A stretch of DNA of 64,000 bases from an uncultured delta proteobacterium. Its GTDB lineage: Bacteria; Desulfobacterota; RBG-13-43-22. Below the pieces are notes generated by a model. It searched no databases. It saw nothing but the letters and a program-made list of their open reading frames with translations, and had not been told where the DNA came from. The position numbers were made by a program, and so were the translations under genes. How positions within the stretch are numbered: the first letter of the stretch is position 1; every line of letters begins with the position of its first letter. The DNA lies in assembly GCA_963743305.1 (NCBI GenBank), contig CAVUPH010000014.1, positions 64,001 to 128,000 on the forward strand. The letters run 5' to 3'. Positions 51,268 through 62,446 of this stretch are shown here, one piece after another.

Positions 51268-51780
51268 TTATAGGGTTAGTTTGATTTTTGCCCAAAAGGG
51301 CAGATTCTGGTTGAAGTCCTTCCGGACCCAACGGGACAAATAGAGGTAAATCACCCCCCCGATCAGGATCAGGTCCCGGTAAAAAGCCTGCCAAAGGCCG
51401 GCCTGGACCTGAAGCTCCTCCGGGGAAAAGCAGCCGCAATCCACATCCAGGTCATTCAAAATGCCGTACCAGAGGACCCAGATGAAGAAAAGAAGCAGGG
51501 CAGAAATCAGGCTCAGGCTTCCGCGAACCGCAAAGATCAGGCCCACGGCCCCCAGGATTTCCACTATAGGCAGCCCGATGGCCAGGACCGGCAACAGGAA
51601 ATCCGGGGCCAGGTCATATTGGGAAATGGATCGGGCGAAGGCCTTGGGGTCCATCAGTTTGACCGTCCCGGCATAGAGGAAAACCAGGGCCAATCCCCAG
51701 CGGACTATCCGGGAGGGCCATCGAGAAAAAATCAGGTCCGCTGATCTCTGAATCCCCTTTCGATTTTCCCCCCCAATCAT
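51268..51780 (-). CDS. MauE/DoxX-family redox membrane protein
   Basis: R..LALVFLYAG..KL.DP.AF, DVDCGCF. Confidence 0.85.
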   Translation of the reverse strand: MIGGENRKGIQRSADLIFSRWPSRIVRWGLALVFLYAGTVKLMDPKAFARSISQYDLAPDFLLPVLAIGLPIVEILGAVGLIFAVRGSLSLISALLLFFIWVLWYGILNDLDVDCGCFSPEELQVQAGLWQAFYRDLILIGGVIYLYLSRWVRKDFNQNLPFWAKIKLTL

Positions 51781-52327
51781 CGGGAGGATTCTTGATCAAG
51801 TTAACTAATATGTCAAATAGGTAATATTGATGATTGCTTTGATTGGCATAGGTAGAAATAATGGATAGGGAACATTTCGAGGGTCGTCCAGTTCCGACTG
51901 CGGAAAAATATTACGTTCTTGAATTGGACTGGGGAGGTTAAAGAAAAAGGCTGATTCGCTCTTTTGGAAGTGTTTAGGTACAGGCAATTGTATCGTCATC
52001 AGGCCAAGCCATTATGGGGGACACCACTATTCCTCTAGCCCGAATACTCAGGTCTGAGACTTCGTTTCACTCAGGGTCGACAGGAGTGCGAGATGGCCGT
52101 TTTTGTCACCCATGAACCCTGTCAGCAGGCGGGGTAGACTGCCGTGAAGGATCTCCTCCATACCAAATTTGGATTAATCTGTCCGAAAAATTTGGCTTAG
52201 GGATATTATTTTAACGGATCGTCAGGGGTGCCCCAGGGAGAATCTCGATTCTCAGTAAAGGTTGTCCAGGTGCCGCCTTCGTCAACCGCCACCCTATTAT
52301 CCACTGACTTTTATCCGCAGACCCTCT

Positions 52328-53078
52328 TCACATCTTTTTCTTCAATTGATCGGCCACGGCTTGGGCCGCCTTTTTCACCGCCTCCTCGTCCCCCAGGTAA
52401 TAATTGCGGATCGGTCGAAGATCTTGATCCAGTTCATAGACCAGGGGGATGCCGGTGGGGATATTAAGTCCCACGATCTCCTCCTCCTTAATATTATCCA
52501 GATATTTCACCAGCGCCCGGAGGCTATTGCCGTGGGCGGTGACCAGTACCCGTTTCCCGGCTTTGACGGACGGCCCAATCGTACCCTGCCAATAGGGCAG
52601 AAACCGCTCCACCGTATCCTTGAGGCATTCGGTCAAGCGGGAGTTCCTCCGGACTCAGATCGGCGTAGCGCGGGTCTTTCCCCGGATAACGGGGATCATC
52701 CGCCGTCAAGGCCGGGGGACGGGTGTCGTAACTCCGCCGCCAGATTTTGACCTGGTCCATCCCGAATTTATCCGCGGTCTCGGCCTTGTTCAAGCCCTGG
52801 AGGGCGCCATAGTGCCGTTCGTTCAATCGCCAGTGCCGGATGACGGGTATCCACATCAGGTCCATCTCATCCATCACGATCCATAAGGTCCGGATGGCTC
52901 GCTTCAAGACCGAAGTGTAGGCCAGGTCGAAGGTGTACCCCTGTTCTTTGAGAATCCTCCCGGCCTCTCGGGCCTCCGCCACGCCTTTTTCCGAAAGGTC
53001 CACATCCGTCCAGCCGGTAAAAAGATTCTCTTTGTTCCAGACGCTCTCTCCATGACGCAGCAACACTACCTTATACAT
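52328..53078 (-). CDS. gpmA: 2,3-bisphosphoglycerate-dependent phosphoglycerate mutase (frameshift near 52637)
   Basis: [26 protein letters not shown] | [22 protein letters not shown]. Confidence 0.95.
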
Positions 53079-54354
53079 AATCGGTCCTCCTTTTTTTATG
53101 CTGATGGGATTTAATAGTAAACTCGGTTTCAGCTTTCTCCGGATCTTTATCCGGCAAACGGACGGAATAGTCGGCCCGGTAAAGCTTCCTTAGAATTTCT
53201 CTCCAATGGGACAGGCCTCTGGTCTGGAGGACAAACTCCACCTCGGTGGTCTGGAGGGGTAGGGTAGAAAAGGTCCTTTGATGATGAACCTCAATGATAT
53301 TGGCCCCCCATTCTCCCAGCAAACGGGTTACCTCCGACAAGGCCCCGGGAATATCCCGAATCGCTATGAGAAGGCGAACCAACCGTCCGGATCGGACCAG
53401 TCCCCGCTGAATAATGGCCGAAAGAATCTGAAGATCGATATTCCCGCCGGAAAGTACGATCCCGACTTTCTTCCCCTTGAAGCGCCGGTTTATTTGAAGC
53501 AAGGGGGCCAATCCCGCTGCCCCGGCCCCTTCGACGACGGTCTTTTCCACTTCCAATAAAAGCAGCACCGCTTTCTCCAGTTCCGGCTCATCCACCAGGA
53601 TGATTTCATTCACCAGTCGGCGGATGACGGGCAGGGTCAGGAGGCCTGGTTGTCTGACCGCAATTCCTTCGGCAATGGTGGGCGGGTGGCATTCGACGGG
53701 AAGGGATTTCAGTGCCCGGGCCATGGAGGGGAACCGGACGGATTCGACACCGAATAGTTCTATCGCAGGGCGAAGCGTTTTGGCCGCAATCGCCAGACCG
53801 GCGAGGAGACCTCCGCCGCCGACCGGAGCGATCAGCACCTCAAGATCCGGAAAGGCGCGCAACATCTCCAGGGCAATGGTACCTTGACCGGCGATTACCT
53901 TTTCATCGTCATAGGGGTGAACAAAACAAAGGCCCCTTTCCTCGGACAGTTTTTTGGCCAAAACACCGGCTTCATCCACCCCGGAACCTTCCAGGATCAC
54001 TTCGGCACCAAAGGAAGTGGCCTGTTCCACCTTGATGTTGGGGGTGTTCCGCGGCATAACGATCAGGGCCGGGATGCCCAGACGTCGGGCATGGTAGGAT
54101 ACGGCCAGACCGTGATTTCCGGCGGACATGGCCGCTACGCCCTGCTTTCGCTCTTCCGGCGACAAAGAAAGCAGTTTTACCAGGGCTCCCCGTTCTTTGA
54201 AAGAGGCGGTAAATTGAAAAATTTCAAATTTTAAAAAAACCTCACAGCCGGTGATCTGGGAAAGGGTCGAGGAAGGGACACAGGGGGTTTCAATAATCTG
54301 ACCCTTGATCAGCTCGGCGGCCCGGCAAATGGAGTCAAAAGATACCGGCGGCAT
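53071..54354 (-). CDS. ilvA: Threonine ammonia-lyase (medium form with ACT domain)
   Basis: [15 protein letters not shown] motif, SAGNH, GQGT, PVGGGG, SGGNID, ACT domain. Confidence 0.9.
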   Translation of the reverse strand: MPPVSFDSICRAAELIKGQIIETPCVPSSTLSQITGCEVFLKFEIFQFTASFKERGALVKLLSLSPEERKQGVAAMSAGNHGLAVSYHARRLGIPALIVMPRNTPNIKVEQATSFGAEVILEGSGVDEAGVLAKKLSEERGLCFVHPYDDEKVIAGQGTIALEMLRAFPDLEVLIAPVGGGGLLAGLAIAAKTLRPAIELFGVESVRFPSMARALKSLPVECHPPTIAEGIAVRQPGLLTLPVIRRLVNEIILVDEPELEKAVLLLLEVEKTVVEGAGAAGLAPLLQINRRFKGKKVGIVLSGGNIDLQILSAIIQRGLVRSGRLVRLLIAIRDIPGALSEVTRLLGEWGANIIEVHHQRTFSTLPLQTTEVEFVLQTRGLSHWREILRKLYRADYSVRLPDKDPEKAETEFTIKSHQHKKRRTDYV

Positions 54355-54443
54355 TTCTTCCTCGCGGTCTTTTTTCCCCGTCTCGGAGAGGCAGTTTATA
54401 TCCACAGGCTAATTCTAGCCAAAAATATTTCAAATATTTTTGG

Positions 54444-54716
54444 CTAGAGATAGGCAATGGTTTGAAAATTGGGAATTTCAAACCGGCGTCGGCACCTGGG
54501 GTTGGGGCAGGTGAGGAAATCGTCCACCCGCACCAGGTAATCCCGCGACTTGGCGAACTTGGCCCGATCAAGGTCGCTTGCGCCGGGCGGCAGTTTCTTC
54601 TTCTTGCTGCGTTTGAGCCAGCGAACCGGGAACTCGGCTTCCTGACGGCACTTCGGGCAGGTATAAGTGGTTTTCTTGGTCTCCGGGGTCTCGTCATAAA
54701 AATTTCGCTCGTCCAT
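54444..54716 (-). CDS. Small zinc-ribbon hypothetical protein
   Basis: CPKC...CPNPRC. Confidence 0.7.
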   Translation of the reverse strand: MDERNFYDETPETKKTTYTCPKCRQEAEFPVRWLKRSKKKKLPPGASDLDRAKFAKSRDYLVRVDDFLTCPNPRCRRRFEIPNFQTIAYL

Positions 54717-54785
54717 GATTTCAGATTATCCTTCAATAGTCAGATTCTTTCAACGTTAATTTGAATTACCGCCCAAAAATATATC

Positions 54786-54951
54786 TGACGGACTCGCAAA
54801 AAGTCCGTCAGCAGCCCGAGCGCGAGTGAGCGCCGGGCTGGGGTGATGGTGGAACCATTTGAATTTACTTCAAATGGCGGGGGGAGTCACGCCTAAGGTG
54901 TGAATCCCCGCCGAGCAGAAAGTCGTTTTTAGACTTTTTGCGAGGTCATCA
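54786..54951. repeat. MITE-like element related to 13635..13782
   Basis: TGACGGACTCGCAAAAAGTC ... GACTTTTTGCGAGGTCATCA termini. Confidence 0.65.
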
Positions 54952-55112
54952 AATTGGACGCGGCGTCCTGTCGGGCAGGTACTCCTCATCTCCGGCATGG
55001 CCTCCCGGGTCTTTTGAAGGTGTTATAACTTGACAAGCTCTCGATTAATGATTAAAAAACAGGCACCCTTAAAAAAAGGGAGAAGGGAAGGTTTTTTCAA
55101 AAAACTATCATC

Positions 55113-56096
55113 ATGATTGAAGTTGAACACTTGACCAAATATTACGGTCTGGTTCCCGCAGTATCGGACCTGACCTTTCAGGTCGGTCAGGGAGAAGTGG
55201 TAGGTTTTTTAGGTCCCAACGGGGCCGGCAAGACCACGACCATGAAAATCCTGACCTGCTTTCTCCCCCCAACCTCGGGGCAGGCCCGCATCGACGGTTT
55301 GGACCTCTCCCGGGATTCTCTGGGGGTGCGGCAAAAAATCGGCTATTTGCCGGAAAATAACCCGCTCTACAGTGAAATGACCGTAGAGGGCTTTCTTTCC
55401 TTTGCGGCTCAGGCCAAAGGCATTCCCAGCCGAAATGCAAAAACCGCCGCGGCCAAGGTGGCTGAAGACTGCGCCCTGGAGTCGGTCCGGGGAAGGATTA
55501 TCGGCCACCTCTCCAAGGGATTTCGGCAGAGGGTGGGATTGGCCCAGGCCCTGTTGAATGACCCGCCGGTGCTGATTCTGGACGAACCGACTATCGGGCT
55601 GGACCCCGCCCAGGTCGTTGAGATCCGGCAATTGATCAAGTCCCTGGGTCGGGAACGGACCATCCTGCTCAGTTCTCATATTCTCCCCGAGATCAGCCAG
55701 CTCTGCCAGAAAGTGATCATCCTGAATCAGGGGCGGATAGTGGCCACGGATACGGTCTCAAGCCTCACCGCCCAGCTCCAAAGTTCCCGGAAGATCAAGT
55801 TGACCATCCGAGGCCCGCAAGAGGCCATCCTGACCACCCTGGCGGAAATAGACGGGATTCTGCGAATCGAACCCCAGGACGATGAAGGGGCCTACGAACT
55901 CGAAATGCGGAAAGAACTGGACGTCCGGGCGGATATCAGCCGGGCGGTCGTGCAGCAGGGTTGGGATCTGCTGGAAATGCGCAGCCAGGATTTAAGTTTG
56001 GAGGAAATCTTTGTCCAGTTGGTGACGGAAGAACCAACCGGAGAGGAACCGATGGGGAAAGAACCAGAAGGGGAAAAGCCCGGAGGAGAATCATGA
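55113..56096 (+). CDS. ABC transporter ATP-binding protein (GldA-like)
   Basis: GPNGAGKTT, LSKGFRQRVG, LDEPTIGLDP. Confidence 0.93.
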   Translation: MIEVEHLTKYYGLVPAVSDLTFQVGQGEVVGFLGPNGAGKTTTMKILTCFLPPTSGQARIDGLDLSRDSLGVRQKIGYLPENNPLYSEMTVEGFLSFAAQAKGIPSRNAKTAAAKVAEDCALESVRGRIIGHLSKGFRQRVGLAQALLNDPPVLILDEPTIGLDPAQVVEIRQLIKSLGRERTILLSSHILPEISQLCQKVIILNQGRIVATDTVSSLTAQLQSSRKIKLTIRGPQEAILTTLAEIDGILRIEPQDDEGAYELEMRKELDVRADISRAVVQQGWDLLEMRSQDLSLEEIFVQLVTEEPTGEEPMGKEPEGEKPGGES

Positions 56097-56863
56097 AAGG
56101 GTTCGGGGCCGTCTTTAAAAAAGAAATCTACACCTTTTTTGCTTCCCCTATTTTTTATGTGGTCGGAACCATCTTTTTGACCATCGCCGGGTATTTTTTT
56201 TACACCGCCGTGGCCTATTACAGTCTGATCAGTTTTCAGGCGGCCCAAAACGCCTATATGGGGGGTCAGGTCAATTTGAATGAGATGGTCATTAAACCCT
56301 TAATGGACGACATCAGTGTCATCCTGCTCCTGATTGTCCCCCTGTTGACCATGCGCCTGATCGCGGAGGAGAAGAAAAACGGGACCATGGAATTGCTGTT
56401 GACCTATCCACTGCGGGATATGGCGATCGTTCTGGGAAAATATGCTGCTACCCTTTTGGTCCTGGTGATCCTCCTGGCGGTAACCCTGATCTATGTCCTG
56501 CTGCTTTCCTGGGTAGGAGAGTTCGAGTGGGGGGTGGTTTGGGCCGGGTATGGCGGCTTGGTCCTCATGACCGCCGGTTTTGTCGCCCTGGGTCTTTTTT
56601 TCTCAGCCTTGACCCAGAATCAAATCATCGCGGCCGTCCTGGGGTTCGGTGCCCTACTCATGTTCTGGATGATCGGCTGGGCCGGGTCTCTTTCGGGGCC
56701 GGTGGCAGGCAAGGTGGTCAATTATCTATCTATTCTGGAACACCTGGACTCTTTTACCAAGGGGGTCATCGATACCCGGGATATAGGCTATTACCTGACC
56801 TTTTCGGCCTTTTTTATTTTCTTAACGCTTCGCTTCCTTGATTCCCGGAAAATCCGGGGCTAA
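56093..56863 (+). CDS. ABC-2 permease (GldF-like)
   Basis: KKEI..FF.SP, PLLTMRL.AEEKK.GT.ELLLT.P; start MKGFG. Confidence 0.9.
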   Translation: MKGFGAVFKKEIYTFFASPIFYVVGTIFLTIAGYFFYTAVAYYSLISFQAAQNAYMGGQVNLNEMVIKPLMDDISVILLLIVPLLTMRLIAEEKKNGTMELLLTYPLRDMAIVLGKYAATLLVLVILLAVTLIYVLLLSWVGEFEWGVVWAGYGGLVLMTAGFVALGLFFSALTQNQIIAAVLGFGALLMFWMIGWAGSLSGPVAGKVVNYLSILEHLDSFTKGVIDTRDIGYYLTFSAFFIFLTLRFLDSRKIRG

Positions 56864-56883
56864 GTCCTGACAGAGACGCTGAT

Positions 56884-58281
56884 ATGGCTGAACACCCAAT
56901 GACCCGCTGGAAAGAAGGGTCCATCATCACCCTAGTGAGCATTCTTTTTATCGCCATCCTGGTGGGGATTAATTTGATTCTATACCGCTTCCCCGGAAGG
57001 GCGGATTTAACCGAAGGCCGCCGTCATTCCCTTTCCGTCCAGACTCGGAATATCCTCAAGAACATCCATCAGGAGGTCTGGATTCGGGCCTTTTTCCAGG
57101 AAGGCCATCCGACCAGGAAGAAGGCCAAAGAACTTCTGGACAACTACAGCACCATTAATCCCCAGATCCACTATCAATTCATTGATCCCGACCGGCAGCC
57201 ATCGCTGGCCCAAAAGTACGGGGCCCGCAATTACGGCACCCTGGTCCTGGAATCCGCGGGCCGGACCCAGAGCGCCAATGCGGCCGATGAAGAGGGGATC
57301 ACCAACGCCCTCCTGCGTCTGAGCCAGCCAAAGGCCAAAAAAGTGATTTTCACCACCGGTCACGGGGAAAGGAGCCTCCAAGAAACTCAGCGGGAAGGCT
57401 TCTCCTTTGCCAAGGGTATTTTGGAAAAAGAAAACTACCGGGTGGAGGAACAAAGTCTCCTTAGCGGATCGGGCCTGCCGGCGGATACCGGCTGCCTGGT
57501 CATCGCCGGGCCGAGAAAACCCTTTATGCCGGTGGAACTGGAAGACCTAAAAAAATACCTGGCCGGCGGCGGGAAAATATTCCTCCTCCTGGAACCTTTT
57601 TTGGATGCCGGTTTGAAAGATTGGGTCGGGTCCTACGGGTTGATCTTGGGGAATGATATTATCATCGATCGCCTGAGCCGGGCCTTTGGCGGCGATTATC
57701 TGATCCCCATGGCCGGGGTCTATGGCCAGCACCCGATCACGGAAAAATTCAAGGTAGCGACTTTTTTCCCCACGGCCCGGTCTCTGGATTTCACCGCTCC
57801 TCTGCCCCCGGGGATCACCACGGAAGTGCTGGTCCAGTCCTCCCCGGCCAGTTGGGGGGAAACCAACAAAGCCAAGATGGAAAAAGGCGAGGCGGCATTT
57901 GATGAAGGGCAGGATAAAAAAGGTCCGCTCAATATAGCCGTGCTGATCAATATCAAACCTGGAAGGGTCGGCGGGCCCGAGGCCAAAAAAGAGGGGGCTC
58001 AACCCCAACCGGGCCGCCTGGCGGTTTTCGGGGACTCGGACTTTGCCACGAATGGGTATTTCAACCAAGCCGGAAATGGTGATCTATTTTTAAATACCAT
58101 CAATTTCCTGACCGAAGAAGCCCAGCTTATCAGCATCCGGCCCGCCAAAAGCCCGGTAAAACCCCTGACCTTATCCGCCGCCCAAGGCCAGGTCTTGTTC
58201 TGGGTTCCCTTGATCCTGATCCCCTTGTTGATGATTGCCATCGGGGTTACGGTCTGGCGGCAGAGGAGAAAGGCCCGTTGA
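56884..58281 (+). CDS. GldG-family ABC auxiliary protein
   Basis: DLTEG..HSLS..T, FIDPD..P..A..YG, F.TGHGE, GDSDF. Confidence 0.9.
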   Translation: MAEHPMTRWKEGSIITLVSILFIAILVGINLILYRFPGRADLTEGRRHSLSVQTRNILKNIHQEVWIRAFFQEGHPTRKKAKELLDNYSTINPQIHYQFIDPDRQPSLAQKYGARNYGTLVLESAGRTQSANAADEEGITNALLRLSQPKAKKVIFTTGHGERSLQETQREGFSFAKGILEKENYRVEEQSLLSGSGLPADTGCLVIAGPRKPFMPVELEDLKKYLAGGGKIFLLLEPFLDAGLKDWVGSYGLILGNDIIIDRLSRAFGGDYLIPMAGVYGQHPITEKFKVATFFPTARSLDFTAPLPPGITTEVLVQSSPASWGETNKAKMEKGEAAFDEGQDKKGPLNIAVLINIKPGRVGGPEAKKEGAQPQPGRLAVFGDSDFATNGYFNQAGNGDLFLNTINFLTEEAQLISIRPAKSPVKPLTLSAAQGQVLFWVPLILIPLLMIAIGVTVWRQRRKAR

Positions 58282-59249
58282 GCTGGAAGAAGGTTTGGAT
58301 CTATCTGGTTGTCCTGGTAGTGGTGGCCGGGGCGTTTATCATTTCGGAATTGTTTATTCCCCGCCAGGCCAAAAAAGACGACCATCCCCCGCTATTTAAT
58401 TTCACCCCTGGGGACATTCACGAAATCCGCTGGCAACGAGGAGAGTCGGTCATCGAGCTCAAAAAAAATAAAAATTGGGAAATAGTAAAACCCCTGAACA
58501 CCCCGGCCGACCCGGTGGTGGTAGAAGGGGTGTTGCAGGCCTTGAACAGCCTGAAACCGGAGCGCAAATTTCAGCCCGAGGGAAAGGACCTGACCGAATT
58601 CGGTCTGAACCCGCCCCTGGTCCGCATCGACTTTACTGCCCAGGGAAAAAAGTTTGAACTCCAACTCGGATCCAAAACCGTTGCCGGTCAGTCGCGATAT
58701 TTCAAAACTTCCCTTCTCCCGGATATCTATTTGGTAGAGGCCTTCACCGCCAAGGAACTGGATCGCGATGTTTTGGCTTTACGGGAGAAAAAGGTTTTTT
58801 CCTTAACCCCGGATCAGATCGAGGCCCTGGAAATCGGAATAGGGAAAAAGAACCTCCAATTGATGAAGACGGCCCGGGGGTGGGTGGGGAAAGGGCAGCC
58901 GGAGAAGCCCTTGGATAAAAACCGGGTGGAATCCCTGATCCTTGATTTGACCTGGGTCAAGGCCAAAGAATTTTTGGAAGGGGAGGAAGAGAACTCCGCC
59001 TGGGGGCTGAAGGAGCCCGCCTATCGGATCCGGTTGAGCGGCGGGGGAAAAGAGAAAAAGGACGAGGAGCTATGGATCGGGGCCGAGGCTGGAAGCAAAG
59101 GCTTCTATGCCCGCAGCAGTTTGTACCCCTCGACCCTGATTATTGAAGGCGAAATCTTAAAGAAGATCCCCGCCGATCTAAGCGGATGGGAAGAAAAGCC
59201 CGTTCCGGAAAAGGGATCCGCAGGTCCGGAAAGCAAAAAGGGTTCCTGA
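58278..59249 (+). CDS. DUF4340-domain protein
   Basis: N-terminal anchor, W.I..P...AD, FGL.PP repeats; typical of Gld-like operons. Confidence 0.8.
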   Translation: MSWKKVWIYLVVLVVVAGAFIISELFIPRQAKKDDHPPLFNFTPGDIHEIRWQRGESVIELKKNKNWEIVKPLNTPADPVVVEGVLQALNSLKPERKFQPEGKDLTEFGLNPPLVRIDFTAQGKKFELQLGSKTVAGQSRYFKTSLLPDIYLVEAFTAKELDRDVLALREKKVFSLTPDQIEALEIGIGKKNLQLMKTARGWVGKGQPEKPLDKNRVESLILDLTWVKAKEFLEGEEENSAWGLKEPAYRIRLSGGGKEKKDEELWIGAEAGSKGFYARSSLYPSTLIIEGEILKKIPADLSGWEEKPVPEKGSAGPESKKGS

Positions 59250-59644
59250 TGGCAAAAGCAATCTTGGGTTGTTTAAAAAAGAGGGAACTGATTCAGGAGG
59301 TGACGACCAGTCGCGAAACCCTGATCAAATTCGGGCAGGAGTATTTAAAGGAGGGACGCTGGTTGGAGGCCCTGGAGTTTTTTGAACGGGCGCCGGATCC
59401 GGAAGGACTGCGAACGCTTAAAAATCGGGGCTTGGAAGAAGGCGATCCCTTTTTATATAAGCAAGCCTGCCGGTTTCTGAAAGAAAGTCCGGAACCGGCA
59501 GATTGGAAACTGATTGGAGAAAAGGCCCTTTCCCAGGGCCGCTGGCTCCAGGCCCTCACCGCCTTCAAGGCGCTGGCCGATGAGACAAAAATTCAGGAGA
59601 TTACTCAGTTGATAGCTGATTCTAAGCAAAATGACCACGAATAA
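59249..59644 (+). CDS. Hypothetical helical-repeat protein
   Basis: Start MAKAIL overlaps the upstream stop; overlaps the dnaJ start. Confidence 0.7.
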   Translation: MAKAILGCLKKRELIQEVTTSRETLIKFGQEYLKEGRWLEALEFFERAPDPEGLRTLKNRGLEEGDPFLYKQACRFLKESPEPADWKLIGEKALSQGRWLQALTAFKALADETKIQEITQLIADSKQNDHE

Positions 59645-60734
59645 CCACAAACGGGATTATTACGAAGTCCTGGGGGTTTCCCGGCAGTCCAGCGAAGAGG
59701 AGATCAAGAAGAGTTACCGGAAAATGGCCCTCCAATACCATCCCGATCGCAACCCGGGAGACAAAGAGGCCGAAGAACGTTTCAAAGAGGCCGCTGAGGC
59801 CTATGAGGTCTTGCACGACGCTCAGAAGCGGGAATTGTATGATCGGTACGGCCACGAAGGCCTGCGCAATACCGGCTTTTCCGGGTTCAGCGGCTTTGAG
59901 GACATTTTTTCCAGCTTCAGTGACATCTTTGAAGACTTTTTCGGGTTAGGCCGCAGGGGCCGAGGCGGGGCTTCGCGGGCCCGGGAGGGGGCCGACCTGC
60001 GCTACGACCTTTCCATCTCCTTCATGGAAGCCGCCCAAGGGAAAGAAATGGAAATCAGCGTCCCCCGGCTGGAGTCCTGTACCGAATGCCAGGGAAACGG
60101 GATGGAACCGGGCACCCAACCCGAAACCTGCTCTAGCTGCGGCGGAAGAGGCCAGGTCATTCAATCCCAGGGTTTTTTCCGGATCAGCGCCCCCTGCCCC
60201 CGCTGTTACGGCCAGGGCCGGATTAATACCCATCCCTGTAAAGCCTGCCAGGGCCAGGGTCGGATTGAGAAGACCAAGACCTTGAATTTAAAGATACCCC
60301 CCGGCATTGCCGGCGGTTCCCGGCTGCGTTTTCGAGGCCAGGGTGAGGGCGGGACCCACGGCGGTCCCCCGGGGGATCTCTATGTGGTCGTCTATGTGGA
60401 AGAGCACGAATTTTTCCACCGGGAAGGGGACGATGTCCTTTGTTCCATCCCGATCTCCATGATCCAGGCCGCTCTGGGGACCGAAGTGGAAGTACCGACC
60501 TTAAACGGCAATAAAAAACTGACCATCCCCAAGGGCGCCCAATACGGCCAGACCTTGAAGTTGAAAGGCGAGGGGTTCCCCCATGTCCGCGGATCCGGAA
60601 AAGGGGATCAAATCATCCACCTGGAAGTCAAGATCCCAACCAAGCTCAGCCGACGGCAGGAGGAGTTGCTGCGGGAGTTTGAGGAACTGGACACCAAAAA
60701 GGGCGGCTCCAAGCTGTTCAAGATTTTTTCCTGA
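59631..60734 (+). CDS. dnaJ: Molecular chaperone DnaJ
   Basis: J domain with HPD, G/F region, four CxxCxGxG repeats. Confidence 0.97.
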   Translation: MTTNNHKRDYYEVLGVSRQSSEEEIKKSYRKMALQYHPDRNPGDKEAEERFKEAAEAYEVLHDAQKRELYDRYGHEGLRNTGFSGFSGFEDIFSSFSDIFEDFFGLGRRGRGGASRAREGADLRYDLSISFMEAAQGKEMEISVPRLESCTECQGNGMEPGTQPETCSSCGGRGQVIQSQGFFRISAPCPRCYGQGRINTHPCKACQGQGRIEKTKTLNLKIPPGIAGGSRLRFRGQGEGGTHGGPPGDLYVVVYVEEHEFFHREGDDVLCSIPISMIQAALGTEVEVPTLNGNKKLTIPKGAQYGQTLKLKGEGFPHVRGSGKGDQIIHLEVKIPTKLSRRQEELLREFEELDTKKGGSKLFKIFS

Positions 60735-60781
60735 AGGCAAAATGATCTTCCGATCCGCTGCCTCCCGAGCGGGGTTGGCGC

Positions 60782-61645
60782 TTGTTACGCATTGACGCCC
60801 ATACCCATGCCTATCCGGAAAAAGACCGGGAAACGGTCCTGGAAAGAGTCCGCCTTTTAGACGGACACCTGGCCGCGGACAACCCCTATAAATGGCAGCT
60901 TCACCAGGAGGGGACCATCGAAGCCCTGGTGGAAACAGAAACCCGGGCCGGGTTCGATCGCTGGGTCCTGCTTCCGATTACCGGTCGCCCGGACGGATGT
61001 TCCCGGTTAAATCGCTGGGCTGCTTCTCAAGCGCAAGACTATCCGCAAATCATTCCCTTTGCCTCCTTAACCCCCCACTCGCCCACTGCGGCCGAAGATT
61101 TGGCGGAAGCCTTAGCCCTGGGACTTCAGGGGATTAAAATCCATTCCCTGCTCCAACGAATTGATTTGGTAGATTCTCAAACGCTGGGTTGGCTGGGAAT
61201 GATCCAAGAAGCCGGACTGCCTGTTTTGCTGGATTCCATGAACCTGCAAGGAGTCCGGGCCGTCAAGCCCCACATGGATATTCTGCTGAATGAATGGGCG
61301 CCTTATGAAACCGGCCCGGCAAAGATCGGCTTCCTGGCTCGAACCTTCCCGGGCATCAAATTTATCGCCGCCCATGGAGGCTGTCTATACGGTTGGGATT
61401 TACTGGATCCGCTCTATGACCGGGATAATGTCTACCTGGATCTTTCTTTTGTTTTAGAGATCCTTCCGCCGGAAGAAATAGAAAAACTAATCCAACGCAA
61501 AGGGAGCGAATTTTTTCTCTTCGGTTCGGACAATCCCTGGCGCCGGCCGGAGGAATCCTGGGACCGATTCCTACGCCTTGAGCTTTCCAGCCGTGATCGG
61601 GTAAAAATCGCCGGCCTCAACCTTCAGCGGATTCTAAGCCCCTGA
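60782..61645 (+). CDS. Amidohydrolase-2 family protein
   Basis: IDAHTH, GIKIH, AAHGG, NVYLDLS, FGSD.PW. Confidence 0.88.
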   Translation: MLRIDAHTHAYPEKDRETVLERVRLLDGHLAADNPYKWQLHQEGTIEALVETETRAGFDRWVLLPITGRPDGCSRLNRWAASQAQDYPQIIPFASLTPHSPTAAEDLAEALALGLQGIKIHSLLQRIDLVDSQTLGWLGMIQEAGLPVLLDSMNLQGVRAVKPHMDILLNEWAPYETGPAKIGFLARTFPGIKFIAAHGGCLYGWDLLDPLYDRDNVYLDLSFVLEILPPEEIEKLIQRKGSEFFLFGSDNPWRRPEESWDRFLRLELSSRDRVKIAGLNLQRILSP

Positions 61646-61707
61646 TCGTTGAAAGGAAATCTCTATTTTTTTGATTTAAGCAGGAAATTGACGGAAGGAA
61701 GGTCAAA

Positions 61708-62400
61708 ATGAAACGACGCCTATTTCTCGAAAAAGCGATGATCATGGGCCTGGGAGTGCTGACTTTATTGAAAGGGACGACGCCCTGGGGCCGGGAGCTT
61801 ATTACCGAGGCTTCGGCAGCGGAAGCGCCTTTTTCCGGTCAGGAGGTTCTCGTTCTGCCCCCTGATGGAAAAAATAACCCCTTTCCCTTGGAGCGGGCCT
61901 TGAAGGAGCGAAAGACCAACCGCTCCTATGATCCGGGACGGACCTTATCCCTGCCGGAAATCTCCAGGCTCCTCTGGGCGGCCGACGGGGTCAACCGGGA
62001 GAACGGCCGCCGCACCGCTCCCTCGGCCCTGGGCCGCTATCCAGTGGAGATCCTGGCAGCGTTGCCACAGGGCGTCTACCGCTATGAACCCCAATCCCAT
62101 CGGCTGGTCCGGATCATGGCTGACGACCTCCGCAGCCGGATCCCGGCTCAGGCCGCTTTCAAGCAGGCGGGCATGATCCTGCTTTACATAATAGACCGGG
62201 AAAAGGTTTCCGGTAAAGATTTGGGCTGGGCGGATTTGGAAATCGGCTGCATCGGACAAAACCTTTTTCTGGAGGCCGCGGCCCTGGGCCTGGGATCCGG
62301 CATCTTCGCCAATATGAATACCGAGGAAGTCGCCAAGATGCTTGGACTCAAGAACAACCGGATGCTACGCATCGCCCAGGCCGTCGGAGCGGTCAAGTAA
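61708..62400 (+). CDS. SagB/ThcOx-type nitroreductase family protein with Tat signal
   Basis: KRRLFL Tat motif, R.T.RSY, LLWAA.G, RTAPSA, GCIGQNLFL.A..LGLGS. Confidence 0.85.
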   Translation: MKRRLFLEKAMIMGLGVLTLLKGTTPWGRELITEASAAEAPFSGQEVLVLPPDGKNNPFPLERALKERKTNRSYDPGRTLSLPEISRLLWAADGVNRENGRRTAPSALGRYPVEILAALPQGVYRYEPQSHRLVRIMADDLRSRIPAQAAFKQAGMILLYIIDREKVSGKDLGWADLEIGCIGQNLFLEAAALGLGSGIFANMNTEEVAKMLGLKNNRMLRIAQAVGAVK

Positions 62401-62446
62401 GTTCAACATCCAGAGCCTAAGCCTGGATTACCGGCCGGCATATTTT

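Noticed and set aside
52040-52160. Degenerate REP-like palindrome
   Set aside because: Single decayed copy whose boundaries cannot be supported.
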